Source of the DNA: Pelagomonas calceolata
Lineage: Eukaryota
Reading direction: 5' to 3'
Length of the DNA: 64,000 bases
Assembly: GCA_918797485.1 (NCBI GenBank)
Contig: CAKKNE010000002.1
Span: 5,208,001-5,272,000 of the forward strand
Part shown: positions 38,581 through 53,500 of the stretch, piece after piece
Layout: each line of letters opens with the position of its first letter
Numbering within the stretch: position 1 is the first letter of the stretch
Notes under the pieces: generated by a model
Seen by the model: only the letters and a program-made list of their open reading frames with translations
Told to the model about the DNA's origin: nothing
Database searches by the model: none
Made by a program: the position numbers and the translations under genes

Positions 38581-41500
38581 ATGCGCGGGTGGCGCGGCGG
38601 CGCCGCGGCGCTGCTGGTGGCCGCGGTGCTGCTGCCGGCGCCGCTGCTGCTGAAGCGCCGCGCGGCCGCACCGGCCGACGAGTGGCGAGGCGCGGACGGC
38701 GAGGACGTGGACCGCGCGCTCGCGCCGCGGCGCCGGCTGGGCACTAGTGAAGAGCTGGCCCCCACTAATCGAAGTTTGCACCCGACAGGCACCGAGTGCT
38801 CGGAGGTACAGTTCGAGCAGAAGGCCGCCATAAACGACGTCACCGTGAGCAACTGGGAGGACTACGAGTGGTTCCAGGTCCGGGCCGCCGACATCGACGG
38901 CGACGGCACCGACGACGTGGTGGCGGTCGAGATTGCGGAGGTAAACGAGCTCCACTGGTACGAGACGGACGCGTCGACGGCGACGTTCACCGACCACAAG
39001 ATCAATGAGTACGCCAACCAGGGCGGGGGCCTCGGCGTCTCCGTCGTGGATTTGGACGACGATGACGACGTGGACATTCTCGTGTCGGCGGCGGAGAAGG
39101 CGGGGCTCGCCTGGTACGCGAATGGCGGCGATGGGTCGTCCTGGACGGAGGGCATCATCGTAGCTGAGAAGGTTTTTCCTGATTATTCATATTCATATTC
39201 AGAACCTCATGATATGGAGACGGTCTTTGCGGTCGACGTGGACGACGACGGCCACGTGGACGTCGTCACCGCGAGTAGATTCGAAGGGGCAGAGGAGATC
39301 TTGCTGTACCGCAACGACGGTTCCCAGAACTTTGGCAGCGCGGTCGTCGTTGCTACGGCCGACACGCCGAGCGTCTACGCGACCGACGTCGACGGCGACG
39401 GAAAGGTCGACGTGATCTACGCCGATGCGGAAGAGAAGGTGTCTTATTACGCTCAGGGTACCGATTACACGATTTGGGGCTCGGAAATCAACATCGACAA
39501 CGGCCGCAAAGAGGCGATGTGGGTCGTCGCCGCGGACCTCGACGGCGACGACGACGTGGACGTGCTCTGCGCCGATCCACAAAAAAAAAGAAAGGAAATC
39601 GTCGTGTACGAGAACGTGGCCGGCGACGGCAGCACGTGGGACGATAAGAAGTACGCCACGGGGAAGGTGTCGTCGGTGGAGTTGTTCGACGTCGACGGCG
39701 ACGGGGACCTGGACTTCGTCGGGGCCGTCGAAGAGGAAATGGTCTGGTGGGAAAGGGCTGGCGGTGCTCTCAGCGACGGTGAAGGCGACGGCAAAGCCTT
39801 CAAGAAAGACGGTTTCACGGTGGACAACGACGCCGATGAGGTCATCACGACCATCACCGCGCTCGACATCGACGCGGACGGCGACCTCGACGTCGTCGCG
39901 GCCGAGACCAATAAGCTCACCTGGTACGAGAACGACTGCACCATCGCGCCCACGCCTGCACCATCAGCGACCCCCACGATCTCGTTAGAGCCGACGGTCT
40001 CGTTCCAGCCGACGCCGGGTCCCACCATCACGTTCAAACCGACGCATCTGCCGACGGAGCGGCCGACCATGAAGCAGTTCCACTGCGCGGAGAACGCGTT
40101 CGACGTGACGCACAAAGTCGACGAGCCATTGCCTAGCGGCTGTATGTCGGACAGTTCGTGTACCTACGACGGAGCCAAGACGAACATGGCGATATTTGCC
40201 ATCGACATGGACGGCGACTATGACGTGGACTTTTTGGCCACGAACGCGGGCAATGACGCGGTGGCGTGGTATACCAACGATGGCTACGAGGATTTCACAA
40301 AGGTTACGATTACGGATACAAGCCAGGGATCTTACAAGGTCAACGGGGCAGAGGACGTGTTCGCGATCGACGTCGACGGCGACGGCGAAGTCGACGTGCT
40401 CTCGGCGTCTTCTAGCGACCATAAGATCGCCTGGTGACGAATGTGCAGAACTCAATTTTTCCGGTCCCTTCATCGACGTCTCGATTGCATCGAGCGTCGA
40501 CTCCCTGTCGACGTCTCGCGTCCGTCCGACACGTCGCACCGGCCAACTTCCGTGCAGGTACGAGAACTACGGGAACGCCGGATGCTCCAACAACGGCGCC
40601 TCGTGCTCAGAGGACTCTGACTGTTCTACTGGAAACACGTGCGTACTTGCCAGCTTCGAGGACGGGACCGGGCTCCCGTCGACGAGAGTGATTACGACGA
40701 GCGCCAATACGGCGAAAGCGGTCGTCGCGGTCGACGTCGACGGCGACGGCCACATCGACGTCATCAGTGCGGCGAAGTCTGTCTCTGGCGGCGGCAACGG
40801 CATCAGCTGGTACCGAAGCGACGGCGCGCAGCCACCGACGTTCACGGGATACGTCATCGACGCGGCACCGGACGACGCGTTGGCGGTGCTGGGGGTGGAC
40901 ATCAACGGGGACGAGCACGTGGACGTAATAGTTGCCGAAAATGCAGACAACAGGATCACGATGTGGACTAGCAACGGGGCGGCGAACACACCGACCTTCA
41001 CTGAGGCGATATCGCAGGCCGGGTGCTCGGGCGTCATGGACATCTTCGCCGTCGATATGGATGGCAACGGTATCATGGACGTGCTCACGGCGGAGGAGAC
41101 CAGTGACGCGATCGCCTGGCACACCGGGGTGCCGGACGGCAGTGTTCGATGTTCGACCACCAGGGGGACCACCTGTTCTGCCGACGCTGACTGCCCAACT
41201 GGGGAAACTTGTAGCAGCCCCGGAATCGTGATCGCCCGCACGATCGTCACCATGTCGGACGGCTACAGCGGCTACGTAGGTACCGGGTGCTACGTCGACG
41301 CTTGCGACTATTCGATTTGGGACGAGTCGGCCGGCATGAGCGGCGCTGACAAGATCCAGTCGGTCTGGGCCGTCGACCTGGACGGCGATAATACCATAGA
41401 CGCTCTCTCGGCCTCCCTCAACGACGACACGATCGCCTGGTACCAGAACGACGGCACGTCGCAGAAGTTCATTAAGTACCTCATCACCGACGAAGCCAGC

Positions 41501-44500
41501 GGCGCGAGCTCGGTCCTCGCGATCGACGTTGACGGTGACGGCGACATCGACGCCGCCTCCGGGTCCACGTCCAGCGACACGATCGAGTGGTACGAGGACG
41601 ACTGCGAGACCTTCGCGCCGACGTCCGAGCCGACGGCGGTGCCGACGACCGTGCCGACGCTGGTGCCGACGGGCGTGCCGACGAAGGTCCCCACGGCGGT
41701 GCCCTCCGACGCGCCGACGCCCTCGCCCACCATCTCGCACCCGCCGACCTTTGCGCCGTCGCCCCTGCCGTCGCCCCTGCCGTCCGTGCCGCCGACGTCG
41801 CAGCCGTCGCCCGAGCCCACGCTGGCTCCGACGCAACTGCCGTCCACCGTGCCCACGGCCGTGCCGTCGTCCACGCCGACGCCGAAGCCCACGCCCCGGC
41901 CGACGCCGATCCCGACGCCGCAGCCGACGCGGGAGCCGACGTTCGCGCCGACGAAGCTGCCGACGTCCGTGCCCACGGCGCACCCGACGACGCCGCCGTC
42001 GCCCGCGCCGTCCGTGCCGCCGACGCCCGCGCCGTCGCGGACGCCCACGTCGCCGCCGACGGGGAGCACGCCCCCGACGCCCGTGCCGAGCCTGCTCCCG
42101 ACGTCCCTCCCGACGCCGCTGCCCTCCTTCAGCTGCAATGCCGACGAGGTCGCCCTGTCGCGGCGCTACTTCCCCTCGGGCGCGGCCTGGGGCGACCCCG
42201 ACGAGGACAAGCAGTCGACGGAGCAGAGCGAGGTGCTGATTCTGAGCGACGACTCGACGGCGAGCGGCGAGGCCGCGCGCTATCGGCTGAAGCTGGCCGC
42301 GAGCGACGCCGCGGCAGGCGACAACTTCGGCGGCGCCATCGGCATCGACGGGCCGTCCGTGGCCATCGAGGGCGACACCATCGTAGTCGGGGCCACCCAA
42401 GCCGGCAACGGCGGCCCAGGTGTAGCCTACGTCCTACGGGCGAGCGACGGCGCCCAGCTGGCCAAACTGACGGCCGCCGACGGCGCTGCGGGCGACAAAT
42501 TCGGCCAATCCGTGGCGATCAGCGGCGACACCATTGTCGTCGGGGCCGCGGGTTGCGATCATGGTGGGTGCGAAAATATTCCAGGCGCGGCCTACGTCTT
42601 CCGCACGAGCGATGGCTGGGACACGTACACGGAGATCAAGCTGACGGCCCCCGACGCCGCGGGATACGACGGCTTCGGCTTCTCCGTGGCGATCGACGGA
42701 GGCACTATAGTCGTCGGTGCCTTCCGCAACGACGACGTTCCCAACAACTCGGGATCGGTCTACGCCTTTCGGCTCACAAATACCTACGAGGCGAGGACCT
42801 ACAGTGCCGACTGCACCGCGCCGGGCACGTTCACCTACGAGGGCCGCACGCTCCACTGCGTCGAGCTGCCGAGCGGCGAGCTCGTCGACGTCCTCGAGGA
42901 GGAAGGAGGTACGCAGACGTGCCAGTACACGGACACGAACTCCTGCCCCGCCGGCTACGACATCTGGGTGCCGCGGAGCTACGAGCACGCCGCGGCCGTC
43001 GTCGACGCCGTCGAGGACAAATTCACCAACCTCCTTGGCGTGTATCGCGAGGAGAACGGCTGTGGCGGCTGCGTCCTCGAGGCGATGAATTCCGACGCCT
43101 ACGACGAGTGGGTGGCGGAAGGTACAAATCGCGTCCCGTGGACGAGCGTCGCGGGGAAACCGTGGTTTGTTCGGGAGACGGCGTACTCACAGCCCTTGGC
43201 CAGCTATAAAGCGGGCTGCTGGCTCACGACGGCCTGGGACGGGGGCTGGCAAGGGACGACGATCGACGGTGAACGCATCGGCTTTAACTTCGACGACTTT
43301 CCAAACCAGTGCCTCTATTGCTTCACCGACTACCTCTGCTCCCGCAACGGCGCAGAAGCCTTCCTCGCGACCGTCGGCACGTACGACCAGGTGGTCAAGC
43401 TGACGGCCTCTGACGCCGCGGCGGGCGACAACTTCGGCCAGTCCGTGGCGATCGCCGGCAACACCATCGTGGTCGGAGCCACCCAAGAAAGCAACCAGGG
43501 CACGGGCTCGGCCTACGTCCTCCGCACGAACGACGGCGGCGCCACCTACGCCCAGGTGGCCAAGCTGACTGCAAGCGACGCTGCGACGAAAGACAAATTC
43601 GGCAGGTCCGTGGCGACGGACGGCCAAAAAGTCGTGGTCGGGGCCATGCATAACGACGGCCCCTCAGACTCGGGCTCGGCCTACGTCTTCCTTACGACCG
43701 ACGACTGGAACACGTACACGGAGATCAAGCTGACGGCCCCCGACGCCGCGTCGGACGACCACTTCGGCAAATCCGTGGCGATCGACGGTGACACCGTCGT
43801 GATCGGGCGCCCCCAATGGTACAACGACGGTTCGGGCTCAGTCTACCTCTTCCTTACGACCGACGGCGGCGCCACGTACGCCCAGTTGGCCAAGCTGACA
43901 GCCCCCGACGCCGCGGCGAAAGATATGTTCGGCTGGTCCGTGGCGATCGACGGCGAAACCGTCGTGGCCACGGCCCCCTATGTCGACGACGCCGGCGCCA
44001 ATTCGGGCTCGGCCTACGTCTTCGCGACCCCGTACGGGTCCGTGCTGCGCGCGCACGACGGCACGACGGCGGACCGCGAGTACGACTGCATACCCCGGGA
44101 CATCGGCTGCGTCAAGGTCAACTTCGAGTTCCCCTCGAACTTCTACAACGTTGCCGACCCGACCAAACGGGCGGGCTACGAGGTGACGGTCGCCGGCGAG
44201 AGCCTCCGCTGGGACAACGCGCACCAGGAGCCGACCGGCTTCCTCACGTTCTGCGTCTTCGACGGCCGGATCGTGGGCGAGCCGACGCCGGCGCCGACGA
44301 TCTCCAGCCTCCCCACGCCGGTCCCGACGTCGCTGCCGACGCCGAGCCCGTCGCCGCAGCCGACCGTCTCCAAGGCGCCCACGTTCGCCCCGACGCCGGC
44401 GCCGTCGCCCTCGCCGACGAACGCGCCGACGGCCGCGCCCACGCGCGCGCCGACGGCGGCGCCGTCGGCGGCGCCGACCTACGGCATGTACCTCGTCGCG

Positions 44501-47500
44501 CTCGAGATCCGCTTCGACGTGACGTACTGCGAGGAGTGCGGCGGCTACTTCATCACCTTCCCCGACGGCCGGCGGCGCCACGGGCGCCGCCTCGCGTCGA
44601 CGACGATCAACTCGCTGACCATCGAGGAGATCCTGAGCCTGCCCGAGGACCAGGTGAACTTCAACGTCGAGTGCTCCCTGAGCGGCATCACGTCGGAGGG
44701 CTGCGTCGCCCCGTTCCCGACGCTGCTCAGCGTCACGTACCTGCCCGACGCGGACGCCTGGGCCGCCGCCGGCGCGACGGCCACGACGCTCGCGGCGGCG
44801 ACGCAGGGGGGGTCCTTCTCGGGGGGCGAGGGCTGGGGCCCCGGCGACGTCGAGTACCTCGAGGGCCACCACGTGCCGGCCGCGTGCCAGGACCTGCGGG
44901 ACTTCCCCGACGCCAGCGTCGACTTCCTGTTCTCGGAGCGGTCGGCCAACCCGGGCTTCCAGGAGGCCGCCTGGGACTACGGCTGCTACGCCGCGCACGT
45001 CGGCACGACCTCGGCGGCGGACTGCGCGGCCGCGGTCGCGACGGACGGGTGCTGCCAGGCCCCGACCGACAGCGGTTTCAACGACGCGGGCCAAGTCGCG
45101 TACAAGACGGCGTGGCGCGACTGCGCCGCCGGCGAGTGCAAGGCCGCGTGCTGGAGCAACGCGTGCGCCGGGGGCGACTGCTGCGAGGAGAGCCGGGCCA
45201 TCGCGCTCCAGGCCTGCGAGGAGTACCACGCGAACCTGACGGGGCTGGTCGACGTCGAGCCCACGTCGAAGACGTCGTACCAGTGCGTGGAGACGGAGCT
45301 GAACGTCGGCGCCCAGCGCAAGGGGGGGAGCTGCCGCACCACGCACTTTTCGTTCGACGACCCGGCCGCGGCGGCGAACCTGACCGTCGAGATCAGCGCG
45401 GACGGGGGCGGCGTCACGGGGGGCACCGAGACGAGCATCTCCCACGCGTTCACCGGCGCGGCGAGCGAGGAGGAGCACACGTGGTGCGTCGAGAACGGCG
45501 AGATCGTCTTCCAGCCGACCTCGGCGCCGACCATCTCCGCCGTCCCGACCGCGGCGCCGTCGCCGGCGCCGACCCCGGCGCCCACGCGCGTGCCGACGAC
45601 GCCGCCGTCGTCGGCGCCGACGCTGCCGCCCACGCCCGAGCCCACGAGCCACCCCACGATCGTGCCCACGAGCTTCCCGACGCTCGACTGCCCGGCCGAC
45701 GCGCCGCTCCTGCTGACGTTCCGCTACCTGCCGCGCGCCGCGGACCCGGAGTGGCAGAAGACCAAGACCTACTTCTACGACCGGGACTTCCAGACTTGGC
45801 TGCCGGTCGGCGCGGGCGGCCGGTCGCCGGCGGCCGACTTGGAGTTCGTCTGCGTCAACAACACCATTGGCTGCGTCACGGCCGAGTTCGTCTGGAACAC
45901 GCTCGGCGGCCAGTCCGGCGGCCTGGCCTTCGAGGTGGCGACGCCCGACGTGGACGTGTCCATCACGTTCCGGCCCAACCTCGACGACTGGAAGTTCCCC
46001 TTCTGCATCGAGGACGGGAACCTCATCAAGAACCCGACGGCGTCGCCCACGATCTCGTCGATCCCGACGGCCGTCCCGACGTCGCCGCCGTCCATCCGGC
46101 CGACGGCGACGCCGACGCTGCCGCCGTCGCCGGCGCCGACGCACCAGCCGTCCGCCCGGCCGAGCGCGACGCCGACGACGCCGCCCAGCTCCGTGCCGAC
46201 GACGCCGCCGTCCATCCGGCCGACGGCGACGCCGACGACGCCGCCCAGCTCCGCGCCGACGACGCCGCCGTCGCACGCGCCCACGCCCGCGCCGACGCGC
46301 GCGCCCACGGCCGTCCCGACGTCGACGCCGACGTCGTACCCCTCGGTCGCCTGCCCCAGCAACCCGACCGACGGCTACTACTTCCGCACGTCGGAGCGCT
46401 TCCTGCCGGACGGCGCGAGCTGGGCGACCGTGACCACGACCGTCACGCTCGACGACGGGACGTCCACGTCGTCCTCGGGCCCGCGGCCGGACCGCGACTA
46501 CGGCTGCACGGAGGAGAGCGCGGGCTGCTTTGTGGTCACGTTCGACTTCGGCGACCCGACGATCTCGTCGTCGCTGACCTACGAGTTCATGACCTACGTG
46601 CGGTCGGACGACCCGAACGACTACGACCTCATCTCCACGAGCTTCCCGCCGAACCTGCAGACGGGGTCGTACACCTTCTGCGTCGAGGGCCAGGGCCTCG
46701 CGCGCGAGCCGACGCCCGCGCCCACCGTCTCCAGCGTCCCCACGAGCGTGCCCACCGTGCCGCCCTCCCGGACGCCGACGGCGGGCCCCACCGTCCCGCC
46801 CACGCCCGGCCCCACCCTGGCGCCGAGCCCGCTGCCCTCGTTCGCGCCGACGCTGCAGCCGTCGCCCGCGCCGTCGACGACGCCGACGGCGCTGCCGACG
46901 CCCGTCCCCTCGGCGGCGTGCCCCGCGCCGACGGCCGACTGGATCCGCGTGTCGACGCGCTACTTCCCCGCGGCGGCGGACTGGGGCGGCGTGACGATCA
47001 CGCAGACGCTGCTGGACGGGACGCGGCGGCGGCTCGGCGACGGCCGGCTCCTCCAGACGGGGGGGCCGCGGCGGCTGGCGACGGCCGCGAGCTACCGGCT
47101 GAAGCTGGCCGCGAGCGACGCCGCGGCGGGCGACGAGTTCGGCCGCTCCATGGCCATCGAGGGCGACACCGTTGTGGTCGGAGCCTGGAAAGCTGACAAC
47201 AGCGGCGGCGCCAACTCGGGCTCGGTCTACATCCTACGAGCGAGCGACGGCGCCCCGCTGGCCAAGCTGACTGCCAATGACGCAGCGGCGGACGACGAGT
47301 TCGGCTGCTCCGTGGCGATAGAGGGCGACACCGTCGTGGTTGGAGCTATCAACGCCGGTACCGGAGGTGCGGTCTACGTTTTCCGCACGACCAACGGCGG
47401 CGCCTCGTACAGTAAGATTGCCAAACTGACGGCCGCCGACGCCGCGGCGAGCGACAAATTTGGCATCTCCGTGGCGATCGACGGTGGTACGATCGTGGTC

Positions 47501-50500
47501 GCGGCCTACAACGATGGCAACAATGGCAACAATTGGACTGGATCGGGCTCGGTCTACGTCTTCCGCTCGAGCGACGGCTGGAGCACGTACACGGAGATCA
47601 AGCTAACGGCCTCCGACGCCGCGGCGAGCGACATTTTTGGCTGGTCCATGGCATTCGACGGCACCACCATCGTGGTCGGGGCCCCACACGATGGAAACGA
47701 TGGACAGCTTGGGGGCTCGGTCTACGTTTTCCGCACGACCGATGGCGGCGGATCGTACAACCAGGTGGACAAGTTGACGGTGGCCGACGGCCACAACTTC
47801 GGCACCTCCGTGGCGATCGACGGTGACACCCTCGTGGCCGGTGCCAGCTACGTTCACCACGGCGGCATGGCCGACGCGGGCGCGGCCTACGTCTTCCGCA
47901 CGAGCGACGGTGGAGCCTCGTACGACGAGGTGGCCCAGCTGACGGCCGCCGACGCCGATGCGAACGACAACTTTGGCATCGAAGTGGCAATCGACGGTAG
48001 TACGATCGTGGTCGGGGCCTGGAAAGACGACGACGGCGGCTCCGATTCAGGCTCGGCCTACCTCTTCCGCACGACCGACGGCGGCGCCACGTACGCCCAG
48101 ATGGCCAAGCTGACGGCCCCCGATGCCGACGCGGGCGACGTGTTCGGCTACAATGTGGCCATCGACGGCGCCACCGTCGTGGTCTCGGCCGAGTGGGACG
48201 GCGACGCCGGCTCCAAATCGGGCTCGGCCTACGTCTTCGCGATCGCCTCCGAGGTCCTGACCGACGCGACCATCTACGACGCCGTCGACGCGTGGTTCTC
48301 GGACGCCGCGGCCGCCGAGAACACGTACGGCCACATCTCGACGTGGGACACGTCCCAGGTCACGAACATGGCGGAGCTGTTCTGCCCACCTGCCTTTTGT
48401 TCTCGAAGTTTCGATTCCTCTACCTTCAACGAGGACATAAGTGGCTGGGACGTGTCGCAGGTGACGTCCATGAAGAACATGTTCTATGGGGCTGTGGCTT
48501 TTAACCAACCGCTCGGCGGCTGGGACGTGTCCCGCGTCGAGGACGCGCGGAGCATGTTCATGATGGCGTCGGCGTTCGACCAGGACCTGTCGTCGTGGCG
48601 GCTCTGCTCCGTGACGTCGATCTACCAGATGTTTTCCTCCGCGGCCGCGTTCGACCAGGACCTGTCGACGTGGTGCTTCGAGAACGGCGTGATGGGGCAC
48701 GCGGGCGCGTTTGATAGCACGGCGTGCGCCGGGACGACTTCCTCCTCCGCGGCCGCCGGCACGTACTGCGGCGTCACCTACGGCGGCTGCGAGGCCGCGG
48801 GCCTGGGCTGCGTCACGACGGCCAACGCCCTCGCGGACCGCGTCTTCGAGTGCTGGGCCTGCGACGCCGGCTGCTTCGCGCTGGAGTTCGCCTTCGCCGA
48901 CGGCGGGGCCGGCTCGGCCGCGCTGTCCTACGAGGTCTCGGCCGGCGCCGAGACGATCGGCACGGCCTTCAAGGGCGGCGCGGCCGTCGAGAGCTTCGCG
49001 TTCTGCATCGACAACTGCGAGTTCGCGCGGCAGCCCACCTCCGTCCCGACGCTGTCGCTGCCGCCGACCTTCGCGCCCTCGCCGGCGCCGACGCTGCCGC
49101 CGACGGCGACGCCCACGACGCCGCCCTCGCACGCGCCCACGGCGGACCCGACGCGCGACCCGTCGGCGACGCCCACGACGCCGCCCTCGCCGTCGCCGAC
49201 CTCGCGCCCGACGGCCACGCCCACGGCGCGGCCCAGCGCCCTGCCGACGTCGCGGCCGTCGCCGGCGCCGACGCCGGAGCCGACGACGGACCCGACGGCC
49301 GTGCCGACGTCGTACCCCTCCTTCGCGTGCGCCGCCGGCGAGGTCCGCCTGCGCTGGCGCTTCGACGGCGACTGGACCGGCGTGAGCGCGAACCTCTGGG
49401 CCGAGAACGACGCGGGCATCGTCGACGTCCACCGCTCGTTCCCCTCGTTCCCGCGGACCGCCGAGTACGAGTGCTTCGACTGCAACTTCGGCTGCTTCGA
49501 CTCCGAGTTCCTCTTCACGGAGACCGCCCAGGACACGTCGCACGAACTGAGCTACGTGGTCGAGCTGCACCGCGACGACGGCTCGGACATAATCTCGACG
49601 CCCTTCGAGGGCGGCGAGCCGTCGGAGAAGTTCCGCTTCTGCCTCGAGGACTGCTCGATCGCGCGCCAGCCGACGCCGGCGCCGACGATCTCGCTCCCGC
49701 CCACCTTCGCGCCGTCGCCGGCGCCGTCGTTCTCGCCGACGGCCGTGCCCACGGTCCGGCCGTCCGCGGCGCCGACGGTGCCCCCGACGCGAACGCCCAC
49801 GGCCGTGCCCACCCCGAAGCCGACGGGCGCGCCCACGGTCCCGCCGACGCCCGCGCCGTCGCGGGTCCCGACCGCGACGCCGACGACGCTCCCGACGCTG
49901 CCGCCGACGCCCGTGCCCACGGTCCCGCCGACGCCCGCGCCGTCGCGGACGCCGACGGCCACGCCGACGGCGCTCCCGACGCTGCCGCCGACGCCGCAGC
50001 CGAGCGCCGCGCCGTCGCCGGCGCCGACGGCGGCGCCCGTCCCCGCGCCGACGGAGGTGCCGAGCCCCTACCCCTCCGTGGGCTGCGGCGGCGACGACCT
50101 CCTCCTGTCGCGCCAGTGGCTGCCGGGCGGCGACACCTACGGCGGCATCGTCACGACCTCCAAGGACCCGGCCAGCGGCGCGGAGCGCCTCCCGCCGGCC
50201 AGCGGCACGCGCCCCGACCGCCAGTACTACTGCGTGAACAAAGACGTCGGCTGCTTCGACGTCAAGTTCACCTTCTCCGAGCCCGAGCTCGAGCCCTACC
50301 ACAGCTTCAACATCGAGCTCGAGGGCGACGCCGGCATCCAGTCCATCCTGACGGGTTTTGAGTACAACGTCGCGGTCCAGACCTTCACGTTCTGCATCGA
50401 GGACGGCGTCTTCGCGCGCATGCCGACGCCGTCGCCGACCGTCTCGCTGCCGCCGACCTTCGCGCCGTCGCCCTCGCCGACGGAGCAGCCGACGTCGGCG

Positions 50501-53500
50501 CCGTCGTCGATCCCGACGCCCGCGCCGACGCTGCACCCCTCGCTGGCGCCGACGCCCGCGCCGTCGCCACTCCCGTCGATGCTGCCGTCGCCCGCGCCGT
50601 CGCACAACCCCACGTCGGCGCCGTCGCGGGCGCCGTCGCCCGCGCCGTCCCAGCTGCCGACGCTGGCCCCGTCGCCCCTGCCGTCGATGCTGCCGTCGCC
50701 GTCGCCCACGACGGTCCCCACGGCCGCGCCTACGCCGTCGCCGTCGCCGCAGCCCTCGCCCGCGCCGACCCAGGGCCCGACGCCCCAGCCGTCGCCGCTG
50801 CCCACGCTGCTGCCCTCGCCCTTGCCCTCGCCCTACCCGTCCGTGGCCTGCCCCCTGACGAGCCCGCCGAACGTCTTGATCTGGAATCGCTGGCTGCCGT
50901 CGGGCGAGGACTGGGCGGGCGTCGTCACGGCGCGCTATGATAACGACGGCAACGTCGTCGAGCAGCAGGTCGGCGCGCGACCAGATAAGGAGTTCGAGTG
51001 CGTGCCCTGCGACCAGGGCTGCTTCGAATTGAGATTTACGTTCTCGGCGGCGAAGCAGGCCGAGTCCCACCTCATGGGCTACGAGATCGGCACGCCGACC
51101 AACAGTATTAGTACGAGCTTCGAGGGCGGCCTCGCCGAGGAGTCCTACTATTGGTGCATCGACAAGTGCCAGCTCGACCGCGTGCCGACGCAGAGCCCGA
51201 CGCTGTCCCTGGCGCCGTCGCCGGAGCCGTCGGCAGCGCCTTCATCAATGCCGATGCCGGCGCCTACATCGATACCGACGCCCATGCCCGTGCCCGCGCC
51301 TACATTGATACCGCGACCGGGGCCGACCCGGTTCCCGACGCTCATGCCCGTGCCCGCGCCTTCCCTGGTACCGCAACCGGGGCCGACGCCGGCGCCGACG
51401 CCGACGCCGTCATTACGGCCGACGCCGCGCCCGACGCCCGGCGACCCCTCGCCGCGGCCGACGGCCGGCACGCTGCGGCCGACCTACTCCCAGGAGCCGT
51501 CGCCGGCGCCGACGCCGATGCCGACGCGCGCGCCGATCCCGCGGCCGACGCGCGACCCGACGCTGCGCCCCACGCCGGAGCCGTCGCTCGAGCCGACGCG
51601 CGCGCCGACGACGGCCCAGCCCCTGCCGCAACCCACGCCGCGGCCCACGCCCGAGCCCACGCCCTTTGTGGGCAACCCGACGGCGTCGCCGGTCTTCGCG
51701 CCGACGCCAAAGCCGTCTCCCACACCGACGCCGCGGCCGTCGCACGTGCCGACAACGGCGGCGCCCACCGTCCTGGCGACCCTCGCCTGCGCCCTGCAGG
51801 ACGACGAGTTCTGCAACCCCGGCACGTGCCCGGACGTGCTGGTCGGCGTCTTCGGCGACTGCCCCGACGCGGCCGGTTTGCCGCGGTGCTGCGAGCTCGG
51901 CCCGGGCGCCGGGCCCGCGGGCGCGTACTGCATCGACTGCGGGACCTGCGCGGAGGGCGTGGACACGGCCTGCTTCGGCTCGGAACGTCGCCGCCGCCTC
52001 GAGGACGCCGACGGTCAGATCCGGGTCCTGCGCATCCCGGGCGAGCCGACGCTTGCGCCGCTCCCGGCGCCGACGCCCGCGCCCTCGACGCCCGCGCCCT
52101 CCGTGGCGCCCGGCGCGCCGACGGCCCGGCCCGTCTTCGCGCCGACGCCGCGGCCCTCGGCGCTCCCGACGCCCGCGCCGCTCCCGGCGCCGACGCCGAC
52201 GCCCTCCGCGAAGCCGACGCCCGCGCCCTCCGTGGCGCCCGGCGCGCCGACGGCCCGGCCCGTCTTCGCGCCGACGCCGCGGCCCTCGGCGCTCCCGACG
52301 CCCGCGCCGCTCCCGGCGCCGACGCCGACGCCCTCCGCGAAGCCGACGCCCGCGCCGTCCGCGACGGCCGGCGCGCCGACGGCCCGGCCCGTCTTCGCGC
52401 CGACGCCGCGGCCCTCGGCGCTCCCGACGCCGGCGCCCGCGCCCAAGCCGACGACGGCGCCCTCGCACAAGCCGACGCCCGCGCCGTCCGTCGCGCCCGG
52501 CGCGCCGACGGCGTCGCCCCTCGCGCCGACGCCGCGGCCCTCGGCGCTCCCGACGCGCGCGCCGACCGTCGAGCTGGCCACGCGGTGCTCGTGCCCGACG
52601 GCGTTCGACAACGTCATGGCCGAGGCGACGGCCATCGAGGACTCGAACGCGAACATCGTCATGAGCGAGAACAACCTGGGCGGCCTGGGCCCCGACTCGG
52701 GCGCCGAGGAGATCCGCCTCGAGGGCTACTACCGGCTGCCCGACGGCACGGTCCTGGACATGGTCGTCCGCGTCAAGGACGGCTCGACGTACCAGTCCGA
52801 GGACACGTCGCAGAACGGCCTCTACGGCACGGGCATGACGGCCCTGATCAACGTCAAGGACGACACGAGCGTGACCGTGACGGTCTCGCTGGAGGCCTCG
52901 GTCGGCGACTTCGAGTTCGAGAGCCAGTGGTACATGACGCTCTACGACTTCGACACGCAGAAGGACCCGGCCAAGCAGGTCGAGGAGGCCTGCATCGACG
53001 ACGACCAGTACGCGGACATCGCCGTCGCGGACTGCGACAGCATGCTGGTGACGCGGGGCCTGCCGAACTCGTGCGACGGCACGCGCACGGACATCACGCA
53101 CACGACGATCGTGGCCCAGGCGGTCGGCTTCGGCTGCGACAACCCCCTGGATTCGCACGACCTGACGACGATCCAGTGCGCCGACTGCGAGCAGTGCGTC
53201 GACACGCCGTCGAACGCCCAGTACTTCCCCGTGAACCAGAAGGAGCGCGCCGTCATGTTCCAGTTCCCCGAGGGCGCCGAGTCCTTCGACGTCACGTTCT
53301 CCGTGACGTGCACGGACTGCGTCTTCACGGGCGGCCGCGCCTTCCACATCGGCACGACGTCGAACCTCTGCGAGGAGGACACCCCCGCGCCGACCCTCGC
53401 GCCCGTCCCGCAGCCGACGCCCCGGCCGTCGATACCGCCGCCGACGCCGCGGCCCTCCGTGTCGCCGGCGCCGACGACCTTGCACACCTGCGGCTGCCCG

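Noticed and set aside
41610..52560. CCGACG-rich periodic tracts as a CRISPR array or satellite
   Set aside because: They are in-frame Pro/Thr linkers; no constant repeat with unique spacers and no cas genes.
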